Origin: a virus
Virus record (IMG/VR): IMGVR_UViG_3300037454_000906
Span: 32,001 to 96,000 of that record
Direction: 5' to 3' (one strand)
Length of the DNA stretch: 64,000 nt
Shown here: positions 1-10,057 of the stretch, piece by piece
Position numbering within the stretch: the first letter of the stretch is position 1
Layout of the letters: each line of letters starts with the position of its first letter
Made by a program: the position numbers and the translations under genes
Notes under the pieces: generated by a model
Database searches by the model: none
The model's input: the letters and a program-made list of their open reading frames with translations, nothing else
What the model was told of the DNA's origin: nothing

Positions 1-560
1 AACTGGATCAGTTCTTCGAACCCGCCACCCTCGATCGCGGCAAGGGTATCCAGGTGTTCCTGGCGGTCGCGTTTCAGGGAATCGAGGTACGGCCCGGTGA
101 TTCCGAGAAGCACCTGCTCCGCAGTCGGTTCCACCAGGGGAACCCTGTTTGTCCCCTCTTTCCATTTGAAATCCGGCCAGTTGGCGCATACCCAGTCGTA
201 TACGTTATTGTAGTTGAAGCCGAAGTAGAAATCGAAGGATTCGATGGCGCGGTCGCAGAGCTCGCCCTTGTCGATGCACGAAATCTTGACCTGGTAACCG
301 CTAGTGTTGCCGTAGAAGTCATGCGTCTTGTTGACGGTGACATACCTGTACGTGTACCCGCCGCTCCCGCTGCCCCAGGATTCCGGGAGGTCGCCCATCG
401 CGAAATTGGAGGTGAAGTTCTTGCGCTCGGAGCCATCCTTCTTCGTATTGAGACGGAGGAAGCCGAGGGCGAGAATGCTGTTGTCGAGTGATGCAATGGC
501 CTTCTTCACCTCGGTCACCAAGGTGTTCTTTTCGTTTCTTTGGGAGGATGTAAGTTCCAT
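1..560 (-). CDS. Hypothetical protein, partial (runs off left edge; MELTSSQRNEKN...)
   Basis: ATG at 560 after AAGGAG and the motif copy at 585. Not in the ORF track because no stop lies in the window; the listed 74..496 ORF is a shifted frame of it. Confidence 0.7.
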   Translation of the reverse strand, partial: MELTSSQRNEKNTLVTEVKKAIASLDNSILALGFLRLNTKKDGSERKNFTSNFAMGDLPESWGSGSGGYTYRYVTVNKTHDFYGNTSGYQVKISCIDKGELCDRAIESFDFYFGFNYNNVYDWVCANWPDFKWKEGTNRVPLVEPTAEQVLLGITGPYLDSLKRDRQEHLDTLAAIEGGGFEELIQ

Positions 561-642
561 CGTCGTTTCTCCTTGTTGTGTTGTGCCCGCAGGATATGCC
601 GTCGGGCCCCACCGTATCCGGTGGGTACCCCGCGCGGTCGGT

Positions 643-1125
643 CTATTTCGTAACCGCCTCGATCAGTCGCGTGGCGACAGCGATGTCCCGCATTGCCATG
701 GCGTTGAAGTCAAGTTCTTCCTTCGAATTGCTATCCGGTACGTAGGCATCCAACGCGTCCAGGATAGCGGCCTTCGGTGTCTCGCCCACCCCGACAACCC
801 TGACCGTCTTGCCTTCCGGGGGGATGACGAACGTGACGTACGCGCCATATTTCGCCTTCGGTGCCCCGGTGCCCGCTCTCTCGACGAGACGGGCATGCCT
901 GGCGAGCATTTCCTGGTATAGCGGGTGATTCATCTGCTCGACTTCCTTCAACGGCCTCACCCCCGCGCCGGAAAAGCTGTAAAATGCATTGGGGAAACAG
1001 TTCACCAGGGATTCGAGGCTGATTCCCCTTTCGGTTTCCTCCGTGTGGCGAATGAACCTTTCGGCTAGATCCGCGATGCGGTTGAGTGCGTCCGTGAGTT
1101 TCTTTACGGTGTCGATCAATGCCAT
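643..1125 (-). CDS. Hypothetical protein
   Basis: 160-aa ORF, same strand as neighbours. Confidence 0.75.
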   Translation of the reverse strand: MALIDTVKKLTDALNRIADLAERFIRHTEETERGISLESLVNCFPNAFYSFSGAGVRPLKEVEQMNHPLYQEMLARHARLVERAGTGAPKAKYGAYVTFVIPPEGKTVRVVGVGETPKAAILDALDAYVPDSNSKEELDFNAMAMRDIAVATRLIEAVTK

Positions 1126-1134
1126 GGGTTCATC

Positions 1135-1539
1135 CTAGAACTCGACTGATATGATTTGTTCGAACGGGATGAACTTGGTGTGGCTGTATCTGGGGGGTTC
1201 CCCATCCAGCTTCATCGGAAGCATCCCGAAATTGGCAATGCTGTACTTATGTCCCGCGTCATCAACCACAAGTTCGTCTTTCCCAATATCCTTGGGGTCA
1301 ACGCCCGACTGAAGCGGTTCGAGGTGGTTAAGTTTAACCGAAAGGAGCCCATTATACACATGGACTTCGTCCAGGAATACCTTCGGCTTCCCACCCACCT
1401 GGATTGTGCTAATCCCCGGGATTTCTTCGGTCACGACAATGGCACTCTGGGCGCACTTATCGCGGGGAGTGTATGTAATCAAGTAAATTCCGTGGGAATT
1501 GGCTTCATGCAGCATGTCATTGCATTCTTGCAAGTCCAT
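1135..1539 (-). CDS. Hypothetical protein
   Basis: 134 aa, GGAGG RBS, motif upstream. Confidence 0.8.
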   Translation of the reverse strand: MDLQECNDMLHEANSHGIYLITYTPRDKCAQSAIVVTEEIPGISTIQVGGKPKVFLDEVHVYNGLLSVKLNHLEPLQSGVDPKDIGKDELVVDDAGHKYSIANFGMLPMKLDGEPPRYSHTKFIPFEQIISVEF

Positions 1540-1618
1540 CTGTACCTCCTGTGTTGTTCTGTGTCCATGGTGTTACACCGGATCAAACCGGGTGCGTGAC
1601 GTGGCGTACGCGGTGCGT

Positions 1619-1858
1619 TTACTTGCCAAATTTCCACCAGATGTCTCTGGCCAGTTCGCACGCGATTGATGCGGGATATGTCTTGGCCATGATGTAACAC
1701 CCGGCCACGATGCAATCCGGTGGAACCGCGGGGGTCCCGAAAGTGGCTATGAATGCGCTCACTGCGTCAGTGAGCGACTTGGGGTCGGGTTCGTGCACTT
1801 TGATGACGAAGCTCCCGTTTTCCTCGTCCAGGGAAAGAATGTCAAGTCTGTGGTCCAT
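1619..1858 (-). CDS. Hypothetical protein
   Basis: 79 aa, GGAG RBS, motif upstream. Confidence 0.7.
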   Translation of the reverse strand: MDHRLDILSLDEENGSFVIKVHEPDPKSLTDAVSAFIATFGTPAVPPDCIVAGCYIMAKTYPASIACELARDIWWKFGK

Positions 1859-1923
1859 TTTGTTTTCTCCGCGTTACATTACCACCGGGTCCCCTGTCAC
1901 CGGGACCCGGCACTCGCGGTTGG

Positions 1924-2223
1924 CTACGAATTAGCCAGGTAATGAATCTTGGTTGCGTAGTTGTCCAGGTCTACTGTTGAATATGTCACGTTGAGACCGT
2001 TCGCCCACGAAATCAGCTTCGAGAACACAGAGGTCCCCGTGGAAATGTGATTGGTCTGTACCTGGAAGCACGGGTGGGTGGGCTTGAGGAACAGGAGTTC
2101 GGGGAACGTCTCGGTTATCTTTCCGTCAACGTTGTGACTCACGGTGGCGGTGAACTTGACCGCATGGGGATAGTCGGAGATTACTCCATAGAGCAATTCA
2201 TGTGTGTTCTTTGCCTTCTTCAT
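1924..2223 (-). CDS. Hypothetical protein (MKKAKNTHELL...)
   Basis: Start moved to the ATG after AAGGAG; motif upstream. Confidence 0.7.
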   Translation of the reverse strand: MKKAKNTHELLYGVISDYPHAVKFTATVSHNVDGKITETFPELLFLKPTHPCFQVQTNHISTGTSVFSKLISWANGLNVTYSTVDLDNYATKIHYLANS

Positions 2224-2435
2224 GTTCGGCTCCTTGTACATGTGCATACGTCGTGATCCCGGCCTCCACCGGATTCGATGGAACCGGAACACGGATGTAA
2301 TGGAATGGATGGGTCCGGGACCGCAGAGGCTCTCCCGGCATAATCTACTCGTCCGTAGTGCGACTTTCGTTAACGGTTCTGTCTGGCTCCGCGACCTAGA
2401 CTACGATTCATTCGCGGGACAACCCATCCAAGTTT

Positions 2436-2843
2436 CTATTTTGCCTTTCGGTCGCGGGTTACTTCCGCGATGAAGGGGTCAAGATATTTATCCAACTGTT
2501 CCATCACGCTGTTCAAGGCGTTATGGAAAACTCGATCGGTAGCTGCCGCCAACCTGCGCCATTCGAGGCAGTTGTCGGTGTCCTTCAATGCCGATACATT
2601 TACGCCAAACTTACCATTTCCCCCCATGTAGTGAAGGGATGCGGTAACCTTGATATTGGCCGGAATATACACCCCATGTATGCTATACATGCAGTACATA
2701 TTGCCTGGACTCTCGATATCATTTTCGATGGCCGAATCCACGGCGGGTTCACACTCGAACCGCTCACACAAAGCGGCATGGAGCTCAGCAATTTCCTGCG
2801 GAAATTTAGTCACTTTGAAATCAATCGGACCCTTGGTCGGCAT
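2436..2843 (-). CDS. Hypothetical protein
   Basis: 135 aa, follows the 2868..3446 gene. Confidence 0.7.
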   Translation of the reverse strand: MPTKGPIDFKVTKFPQEIAELHAALCERFECEPAVDSAIENDIESPGNMYCMYSIHGVYIPANIKVTASLHYMGGNGKFGVNVSALKDTDNCLEWRRLAAATDRVFHNALNSVMEQLDKYLDPFIAEVTRDRKAK

Positions 2844-2867
2844 AAAGGTTTACTCCATTTTCAGTAG

Positions 2868-3446
2868 TTATTTTTCGCAGTTATCCTCGGTGCAAAAGTT
2901 GGTGCAGAAACCATCGTGGCAGAACCCGTAGGTGTCGGAAAGCCAGTCGGCCACGTCATCCTCGTCCATGTAATACGGGACGATTACGGATCGAGGGAGG
3001 CCGCATTCTTTGTATGTCGCACCATCGGTGTCCCACTTGATGCGATATGCCTTGTGTGGCTTCGTCATAAGAAGGCCCTTGGCGTTCCTTGGGTTCTGAT
3101 TCATTTCGGTGTCCCCATCGGTGGCTTCGACGAATGGGGCACCGGACTGCTTCAGAGCCCAGATATCTTCCTGAATCTCACCGAGTTTCTTCGTGGTCAG
3201 ACACTTACCATTGTACCCGTACCACTTGTCGAAGAACGGAATAAACGCAGGGTTCGACTGTTGAACCCCGTCGGGAACATAAATCCCGCTGTAAGCCATG
3301 CTGCGCCGTGGGTAATACGTGTAGCAGAAGAAATTCAGTCTTTGTTTCTTCTTGTCAGCTTGGGTATATGATACGAATACTACACTGGAATTGTCGATTC
3401 TGAACCCGATGCAGAAATCGCCAAATTGTTTACGAATTGTACTCAT
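2868..3446 (-). CDS. Hypothetical protein
   Basis: 192 aa, AAGGAG RBS, motif upstream. Confidence 0.8.
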   Translation of the reverse strand: MSTIRKQFGDFCIGFRIDNSSVVFVSYTQADKKKQRLNFFCYTYYPRRSMAYSGIYVPDGVQQSNPAFIPFFDKWYGYNGKCLTTKKLGEIQEDIWALKQSGAPFVEATDGDTEMNQNPRNAKGLLMTKPHKAYRIKWDTDGATYKECGLPRSVIVPYYMDEDDVADWLSDTYGFCHDGFCTNFCTEDNCEK

Positions 3447-3778
3447 GGAATGCTCTCCTTGTTAATTGTTGACCATACGCTGTGTCACCGGACACCCCCG
3501 GATCGGGGACACCCGTTAAACGGCGGGTCACTTGATAAGTTCATCTATCATCAAGCGAACGGCCAGGGGGGAATACCAGGGGCACATTCGTATTCTGCGA
3601 TTCGGGTATCTGGTTGTCACTCACGACGGTTTCCCCCATCTTCCATGATGGCCGCTGTGTCTAGGTGGAAATGTATGTCATCGGGAATTGTATTCAAGCG
3701 GAAGTTCACGACGCGCTTGCTTTGCTAACGTTGGCCCCCGTCCCCATCGGAACGGACACCCCTTACGTGCATTCGGTA

Positions 3779-4420
3779 CTAGATGCGATCACGGAGACCC
3801 TTCAATATGATGTTGATTGCTCGGGCTTGTTCCTCATAGGAAGACAATTTCAAAATTTCTTCGCATGACGCTTCAAGCGGCTTGCCGTCCTTGCCAATCA
3901 CGCTCTCCCATTCATCGAAGCCCGGCATTTCCTCCGGGAGCGGTTGGAAAAATTCCTCGTTACTATCCCACTCGGAAAACTTGTTCACGGCAATCTTGAT
4001 GCGCTTGCAGTCTCCGCTGATGACAACGGCATTACCAAGGTCGCTGTAGTATTTCTGGAAACGCTTCACGTGAACGTTCTTGCCCTGGTGGTGACGTACA
4101 CAGATACTGTGAAGTTCATGGGGCCAAAACCAGTCGGGAATAGGCGAATCGCTGTACTCCACCATGTTCCCTTCCACATAATGGGCCATGGCCATCAACG
4201 CGGACATTGCGGTCCTGTAACACTCATGGCACTCATGGTCGTTCACGAAGTACACGGTGTCACCGAAGTCGTCCCGCTTGGCAACAAGGTACGTGCTGTC
4301 CCCGAGGTAGATTTCCTCGCTATTGCGCCAGTCACCGTTGACTTCCGGCTTGCCGTAGCCGAGGACGCGAATGACCTTAAGGTCCCTGGCCGTGAAATAC
4401 TTGCTATCCTTGATATCCAT
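3779..4420 (-). CDS. Hypothetical protein (MDIKDSKYF...)
   Basis: Start corrected to the ATG after the RBS; motif upstream. Confidence 0.8.
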   Translation of the reverse strand: MDIKDSKYFTARDLKVIRVLGYGKPEVNGDWRNSEEIYLGDSTYLVAKRDDFGDTVYFVNDHECHECYRTAMSALMAMAHYVEGNMVEYSDSPIPDWFWPHELHSICVRHHQGKNVHVKRFQKYYSDLGNAVVISGDCKRIKIAVNKFSEWDSNEEFFQPLPEEMPGFDEWESVIGKDGKPLEASCEEILKLSSYEEQARAINIILKGLRDRI

Positions 4421-4503
4421 GCTGCTCTCCTTGTTAAGTTCTGTCCCCAGGTTGTAATCCCGGACACCACCGGATCGGGGACCGAAACCGCACGGTATGC
4501 ACA

Positions 4504-4851
4504 TCACTCGATGTTCACGTATTCCTTCGTCTCGACAAAGGCATCCTCGATGCCCTGGTCAAGCGCGTCCACGGCCTTCGCCACGGAGCGTAGCACAGTT
4601 TCGAGGTCATCCGATTCCTTGAACACCTTGCTGATGATAAGGTTGTTCTCGCCTTCCTTCCATCCCGGAGGGACCTCGTCGTGCATGATGTTGAAGTGCG
4701 GGACACAACTCTGGTAAGACTTGCCCAAGAACACCTTGGCAACGATGTGCATGTAGTTGCTCACGTAGGTGAGTCTGTCACCGACGTTGTTCTTGTTGAA
4801 GTGATAGCCCTCCTCGGAGAGCTTCTCAATGAGTTCGTCTGAAAATTCCAT
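4504..4851 (-). CDS. Hypothetical protein
   Basis: 115-aa ORF. Confidence 0.75.
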   Translation of the reverse strand: MEFSDELIEKLSEEGYHFNKNNVGDRLTYVSNYMHIVAKVFLGKSYQSCVPHFNIMHDEVPPGWKEGENNLIISKVFKESDDLETVLRSVAKAVDALDQGIEDAFVETKEYVNIE

Positions 4852-4861
4852 CGCAACCCCC

Positions 4862-5122
4862 TTAACTTACCTTCGGGTACACCTTGTTGATGACTGCCTT
4901 GATCGAGGTGGGTACGTTATTGGAATACACGTTCACCGTGACATAATTGTCTTCCTTCCATGACGCGAAGGTGAGGCCGACTGCGATAATGCCGCTGTCA
5001 TAGTTCACCTCGCTGATGTAAAGGCGCGGTTCCGCAACACGAAGCACGGTTTCCAAGAGTTCGAGCTGTTCCTTGCTGAACTCGGCCATCGCGAGGTCGT
5101 TCTTGGTCTGAATAATCTTCAT
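4862..5122 (-). CDS. Hypothetical protein
   Basis: 86 aa, GAGGAG RBS, motif upstream. Confidence 0.75.
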   Translation of the reverse strand: MKIIQTKNDLAMAEFSKEQLELLETVLRVAEPRLYISEVNYDSGIIAVGLTFASWKEDNYVTVNVYSNNVPTSIKAVINKVYPKVS

Positions 5123-5176
5123 GGGATTCCTCCTCGTTAAGTTCTGTCCATACGCTGTGCGCCCGGAGTCAACCCG

Positions 5177-5597
5177 CTACGGTCGGCTCCCTGCACGGTC
5201 GATCTGTGCACCCGTTTCCAGGGCAAGCGCGACGGCGAGGTCACGCGCCTGCTTTTCCGCATTCGCTATGACCTTCGGCACATCATCCAGGATAGCCACG
5301 TGTTCCGTGGTCTTGCCGAGGTGGTGCACCGTCTCGTCCTTTATCTGCTCGAAGATGCTCACGGTAAACTTAAGGGGCTCATTCGTGGCCCTGATGTTCA
5401 ATCCGTAGTAAACGCCCTTTATGGCGCAGAACATCCTGGACAATCCGAAAAAAACGACGCGGGGTGTCCTTGGTGTACCCGTAGCCCCATACGCTTTCCG
5501 GCGTGGTTGCATTCGGGTTCCGCGGGTGTGCCTTTACGTACTCCTGTATCTTCTCGAACACTTCGGGTGTAAACGTTGCAGTTGTGCGCATGGGCAC
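5177..5597 (-). pseudogene. Probable single gene split by a frameshift at a T7 (A7 on +) run
   Basis: ORF 5379..5597 (MPMRTTATF...DTPRRFF) continues plausibly as ORF 5177..5512 (...FFGLSRMFC...) across the A7 run at 5448-5454. Confidence 0.45.
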
Positions 5598-5600
5598 CTC

Positions 5601-5969
5601 CTATACGGACATGTAATAGTTCAGAATCTCGGCGATACGGGAATCGTTGTCGAGGTCCACGACATCGGTGAGAAGTTGCGTGGGGCACCTGGCGAGACAC
5701 AGGTGCGAGCCTTCATTGTCCACAACGACTTTGCACTTTACCTTTGTCCCGGTCTCCTTGCGGTTGACCGTGAAGTTAATAGTGATTGTGCCGGACTCGG
5801 GTTCTATCTCGATGATGCCCGGGTACCATGCCAGTTCGTACTTGGAGTTCTTGATTATGGCATTGGCGACGATAGCCTGTTGGACGCGCTTCCCCGTGTT
5901 CAACATGGTCGCGCAGTCATCCGCATTGAACGCGATGATGTTCGGCTTGATTGATTCCAGTTTACCCAT
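5601..5969 (-). CDS. Hypothetical protein
   Basis: 122 aa, GAGGAG RBS, motif upstream. Confidence 0.8.
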   Translation of the reverse strand: MGKLESIKPNIIAFNADDCATMLNTGKRVQQAIVANAIIKNSKYELAWYPGIIEIEPESGTITINFTVNRKETGTKVKCKVVVDNEGSHLCLARCPTQLLTDVVDLDNDSRIAEILNYYMSV

Positions 5970-6049
5970 AAGTGTTCTCCTCGTTGATTTCTGCGCTTAC
6001 GCTGGGACACCGGGGCACACCGGATCTGGCGCGCCCGGAACATGGTAGG

Positions 6050-6280
6050 TCAGGGAAGCGGGCCGCCATGCAGCCAGTCGTTGTATTTGTCGGCCAAGCC
6101 TACCGTAAGTTTCAGTTCGGGCAGCACGCCGCCGTATTGCTGCCAGGATTCGTATAGCGGCTCGATGTAGACCTTGTTGCCGCTCGTCATCGTGACTTTC
6201 ACCTTCCTGCGGGAAGGTTGGTTCACGAAAAGCAGCTCGACTTTCTTTATCTTGCTGTCTTCGGGTCGTTTGGGACGCAT
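6050..6280 (-). CDS. Hypothetical protein
   Basis: 76 aa, GAGGAG RBS. Confidence 0.7.
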   Translation of the reverse strand: MRPKRPEDSKIKKVELLFVNQPSRRKVKVTMTSGNKVYIEPLYESWQQYGGVLPELKLTVGLADKYNDWLHGGPLP

Positions 6281-6294
6281 TCGTTCTCTCCTCG

Positions 6295-6678
6295 TTAACG
6301 GAGTTCCGGGGCAAAGACGCTTAGCTTCTTCACCTCATGCTGATTCTTGTCCTTGCATTCGTCAAGGAAGAACTCCATGATATCCTTGACATCCTTGGGG
6401 TCGCACTTGCCCGTGCCGGGACGAGTGATGTCGTGGTAAGATTCCTTCAGCTCTATGTGGAAGAACCTCTCATGCGTTTCCATGAATATGCCTTCCACCC
6501 AAGAGCGGATATACAACCTGTTCTCGGGGAAGTTGCGGTTCCAGTACAGGATGACGGGGAACCAACATTTCTCGTCGGGATGATATTCCTGCCGGAGAAC
6601 ATATACATTTTCCCAGTTCTTCTTGGCCTTCTTGGGGCCATTGGTGTCCATGATGGTAAAATTCGGTTTCTGGGCCAT
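6295..6678 (-). CDS. Hypothetical protein, paralog of 7834..8247
   Basis: Shares W(E/K)NVY(V/A)LRQEY, WFP(V/I)I, WNR, SWVE/CWVE, (T/S)RPGT(G/D)KCDP and QEVKKL motifs with 7834..8247. Confidence 0.8.
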   Translation of the reverse strand: MAQKPNFTIMDTNGPKKAKKNWENVYVLRQEYHPDEKCWFPVILYWNRNFPENRLYIRSWVEGIFMETHERFFHIELKESYHDITRPGTGKCDPKDVKDIMEFFLDECKDKNQHEVKKLSVFAPELR

Positions 6679-6757
6679 TACGGTCTCCTTTATACTTTCC
6701 GCGAATACGTTCTGCCCCCAGGTTCCCCGGGATCGGGGACCCGCTGTACATGGTTGG

Positions 6758-7162
6758 TTATGCGCCGATCTGCAATATGGCGTAGACGATAGGTGTACTT
6801 TCACCCACGGTAACGTAAACATGGCTAATGCCGCCACATTTGAGCCCTTCGTGGAGAAGTTTCAGTTCCTCCGTGCACTCATTGTCATCGGTCACGGTGA
6901 AGTCCAGTATCTTTTCCCAGGGTTCCCCAACGGTTGCGTTGCGACGGATATGCCAGTCACAGGAAGTGATGCCGTGCTTGTAGGCCACTACATGCACATC
7001 TTCATCATAGTTCATGATGGTGTCCTCGACGCTCTGCATCACGGGGATGACCAGGGGGTCGATACTCTCCTTGGTGTCGATTTCCAGTTCCAGTCTCTCG
7101 CACTTGCCGTCGAGGCTAGTGCCGCCGTGGGAAACGAGAATGTATCTACGCTTGTCTGCCAT
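6758..7162 (-). CDS. Hypothetical protein (MADKRRY...)
   Basis: Start after AAGGAGG; motif upstream. Confidence 0.8.
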   Translation of the reverse strand: MADKRRYILVSHGGTSLDGKCERLELEIDTKESIDPLVIPVMQSVEDTIMNYDEDVHVVAYKHGITSCDWHIRRNATVGEPWEKILDFTVTDDNECTEELKLLHEGLKCGGISHVYVTVGESTPIVYAILQIGA

Positions 7163-7251
7163 GATTGCCTCCTTGTTGATTTCCTGCCCATACGATGTGC
7201 CACCGGGTCCCCTCGATCGGGGGACACATGGCACACGGTAGGATAGATAGG

Positions 7252-7361
7252 TGCCGGAGACGGACTCGAACCGTCAGGTGCTACTGTTTAGATAGTGCCG
7301 AGCGGCCCACAGTTCTCTCTGCTTTACCGCCCCGTGTCTCTGCCAAATTCCACCATCCGAC
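7252..7361 (-). ncRNA. tRNA-like RNA (Leu/Ser-type D arm) with enlarged, non-canonical anticodon arm
   Basis: 5' GTCGGA pairs with 3' TCCGGC-A; D region TGGTGGAATTTGGCAGAGACAC; T arm GACGG-TTCGAGT-CCGTC. The anticodon arm is replaced by GGGCGGT/GCCGCTC plus an inner GCAG/CTGT helix. Long variable arm; no encoded CCA. Confidence 0.6.
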
Positions 7362-7371
7362 ACTTGTTAAT

Positions 7372-7755
7372 TTATCCTTTCCAGTCCTCCGGGGTGCATT
7401 CACGCCACGGTACCCAATGCTTCTTGGGATACGGGGTCGTGTGAGTGACGAACATGCGAACATTCGCAACGAGCACATTTCCGTCCAGGCAGTTGATTAC
7501 TACCTTGTGCGTATCGGAGTCGCTTAGACTGGACACAGTCTCACAGGTTTCCTTCCGGGTCTCGAAAGGTACAACCGTTCCCGCCGGGTCGTTGCCGTAC
7601 ACGACAACATTCTTGATGTTATATTCCTCTCCGTCCGCGATGAAATATTTAGCCCAATCCTTCAACATGCCAACACGCGCATAAGTACCCTCGACCGGGA
7701 AATTCTGCGTGAACAACTGGTTCTTGTTCAAAGTCGTGATTATATTTACAATCAT
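7372..7755 (-). CDS. Hypothetical protein
   Basis: 127 aa, AAGGAG RBS, motif upstream. Confidence 0.75.
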   Translation of the reverse strand: MIVNIITTLNKNQLFTQNFPVEGTYARVGMLKDWAKYFIADGEEYNIKNVVVYGNDPAGTVVPFETRKETCETVSSLSDSDTHKVVINCLDGNVLVANVRMFVTHTTPYPKKHWVPWRECTPEDWKG

Positions 7756-7833
7756 ACTATCTCCTTGATTGCCATGACCTTACGATGTGCCACCGGGTCC
7801 CCTCGATCGGGGGACACATGGCACACGGTCGGT

Positions 7834-8247
7834 CTATTGTTTGCGGTTCCACGGTGCCTTCGGCATATATGCGCCGAGCTTCTTCACTTCCTGCACGGGG
7901 CCGCAGGGGTCGTACTCGTCGCATTCGGCCTGGTAATGCGCTACCATGGCATTCACGTGTTCCGGGTCGCACTTGTCCGTTCCAGGACGGCTGATGCTCG
8001 CATAGTCGGACTTCGGCGCCGAATAGTAGTAGGAACTCCCGGTCTCCGTACAGAGGCACTCGACCCAGCAACGGAAGCGGGTGGTCCCGTCTGCCGTGGT
8101 CTCCTCCATGCGGTTCCAAAAGAAGATAATCGGGAACCATGCATTACGATACCTGTTGTACTCCTGACGGAGCGCGTACACGTTCTTCCAGGTGCGCTTG
8201 ATGGCACTACCCTTCGTCATCATCCTATATATTAACGATTTTGCCAT
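7834..8247 (-). CDS. Hypothetical protein, paralog of 6295..6678
   Basis: Shared motifs with 6295..6678; RBS and motif upstream. Confidence 0.8.
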   Translation of the reverse strand: MAKSLIYRMMTKGSAIKRTWKNVYALRQEYNRYRNAWFPIIFFWNRMEETTADGTTRFRCWVECLCTETGSSYYYSAPKSDYASISRPGTDKCDPEHVNAMVAHYQAECDEYDPCGPVQEVKKLGAYMPKAPWNRKQ

Positions 8248-8328
8248 GATGCTGTTCTCCTTGTTGTCTTGATGCCCACAGGATATGCAGCCGGGCCCCA
8301 CCCGATCGGGAAGTCCGGCGGTACGGTC

Positions 8329-8643
8329 TTACTTGATTACCCAACCATCGTCATCTACAACCCACCCGTCAAGTTCATTCGCGATTTGCTTGGCGAAATC
8401 CAGGCTCGGGAGGTGGACCCTGTACTCATGGGTGATTACGTCGTTGCCGTCGTACTCCTTCGCCCAGATGTTGAACACGGGGTCGTTCTTGTGGGGTCCG
8501 CGGTCGAACAAGTCGTGGCTCCCCTTGGCGGGAGGGTATGCCTTGGACAAAATCCTTTCTATGTCGGATGTGGAAACCGTCCACAGGTTCGGGGCGTTGT
8601 CCACAAGGTCCGACAGCCGGGTGTACTTGTAGGTAGTAGTCAT
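8329..8643 (-). CDS. Hypothetical protein (MTTTYKY...)
   Basis: Start corrected; motif upstream. Confidence 0.7.
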   Translation of the reverse strand: MTTTYKYTRLSDLVDNAPNLWTVSTSDIERILSKAYPPAKGSHDLFDRGPHKNDPVFNIWAKEYDGNDVITHEYRVHLPSLDFAKQIANELDGWVVDDDGWVIK

Positions 8644-8717
8644 GGATAGGTCTCTTTGTTGCCCGTACGATGTGCCATCGGGTCCCCTCGATCGGGGGAC
8701 ACCTGGCACAGGGTTGG

Positions 8718-8954
8718 CTATTTAGCCCGTTTCAGTACGCGGAGCATCTTGTCATACTCCTTGTCGGAAAGCCTGTTAATTATGATGGAACGGCCCAGTA
8801 TGTACTGTACGCGATTTGTCTCGAAGGATAGTTTGTCCAAGAGGATTTCAAACGCCGCTTGTGCAGCCTCATGATTTTCGAACTGGATAATCGCCCGGTT
8901 GCCGTGGTCCACAGCAAGTGTAAACTTGTCGTGGTCAATGAGAGTGTACTGCAT
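8718..8954 (-). CDS. Hypothetical protein (MQYTLID...)
   Basis: Start after AAGGAG; motif upstream. Confidence 0.7.
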   Translation of the reverse strand: MQYTLIDHDKFTLAVDHGNRAIIQFENHEAAQAAFEILLDKLSFETNRVQYILGRSIIINRLSDKEYDKMLRVLKRAK

Positions 8955-9036
8955 GGTAATCTCCTTTGTTGATTTCCTGCCCGTACGATGTGCCACCGGG
9001 TCCCACCCGATCGGGCAGGACCGGAACACGGTCGCA

Positions 9037-9975
9037 TTACTTCTCGATCCCGAGGTCGTGCATAACACAGTAGGATGCGTTGTTTAGCTGTTGGCTATAC
9101 GCGAACACGCCACGGATTCCGGTCTCCAACGCTTGCAGGTCGCTCTCGCCGCTGTAAACCAACTGGACCAACTGCCCGTCAGTACCAAGGATGTCGAACA
9201 CGGCGTAGCCTCCCGCCTCCTCGATGTCGCGGATTAGATCGATGCCAGGGTTGTTCCCCAAAAGGTCCTTGCGTGTACAATGGGTCTGGATTTCCGTGAT
9301 GGGGCTGCCCTTTATGGTGTTGCAAATCCTGTCGTAAAGTTCCTTGCTCACCTTGCTCACCCCGTTCGAGGGGCCACCAGACCTGGTGCCGACATTCTGG
9401 ATATCCCAAAAATTTTTTACAAAATTTCGGATTTTGTGCTTGAAATAGGCGGTTCCGTCAATCTTCGTCCGATTGCACTTGGCGACCTGTTCACCATCCT
9501 TGAAAATCGTGAACCCGAGCGTTTCATCATCCACATGGACACAGAACACCGCGTCATACTTCTTGTCACCATTGGACACAAGCTCGCCCTTGATTTCGAT
9601 TTCCGTTCCATTCGGGTCATTGACACGCATTTCCTCGAATTTGAACATGCCTCCGAGCGCATCCTTGATACCATCGCGGTAAAGGCAGAAGTAATTTTCA
9701 AGGATGAACGAGGGCAACGATGCCTTCGACGGGATGTCGATACAGTTCCCGTCGTGCATGAGTTCCATGACGTGCTCGCCGTTCGCCACGACGAAACGCA
9801 GCGTGAACACCTTCCCGAGGAACTTGAACTCCGTGTCGTGCCACGGTGCGCTAGGGTCATCCGAGCGTTCCTGGTTGGTCACCTTCGCGCCCGGTACCAT
9901 GATGCCCAGGACTTGCTCGGCGAGTGCGTCCACGCCCTTCAATCCCTCCAGGTAGCCGAAAATCTTCTCAATCAT
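9037..9975 (-). CDS. Hypothetical protein (MIEKIFGYLEG...)
   Basis: Start after AAAGGAG; ~312 aa; motif upstream. Confidence 0.8.
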   Translation of the reverse strand: MIEKIFGYLEGLKGVDALAEQVLGIMVPGAKVTNQERSDDPSAPWHDTEFKFLGKVFTLRFVVANGEHVMELMHDGNCIDIPSKASLPSFILENYFCLYRDGIKDALGGMFKFEEMRVNDPNGTEIEIKGELVSNGDKKYDAVFCVHVDDETLGFTIFKDGEQVAKCNRTKIDGTAYFKHKIRNFVKNFWDIQNVGTRSGGPSNGVSKVSKELYDRICNTIKGSPITEIQTHCTRKDLLGNNPGIDLIRDIEEAGGYAVFDILGTDGQLVQLVYSGESDLQALETGIRGVFAYSQQLNNASYCVMHDLGIEK

Positions 9976-10057
9976 GATGGTATCTCCTTTTTTGGTTTCT
10001 GCCCCTACGTTGGATCCCCGGACCCAACCGGACCAGGGACACGCGGGGCACGGTACG

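Noticed and set aside
3543-3560. Self-target for spacer 7 (ATCATCAAGCGAACGGCC)
   Set aside because: Gapped partial similarity only; not a credible protospacer.
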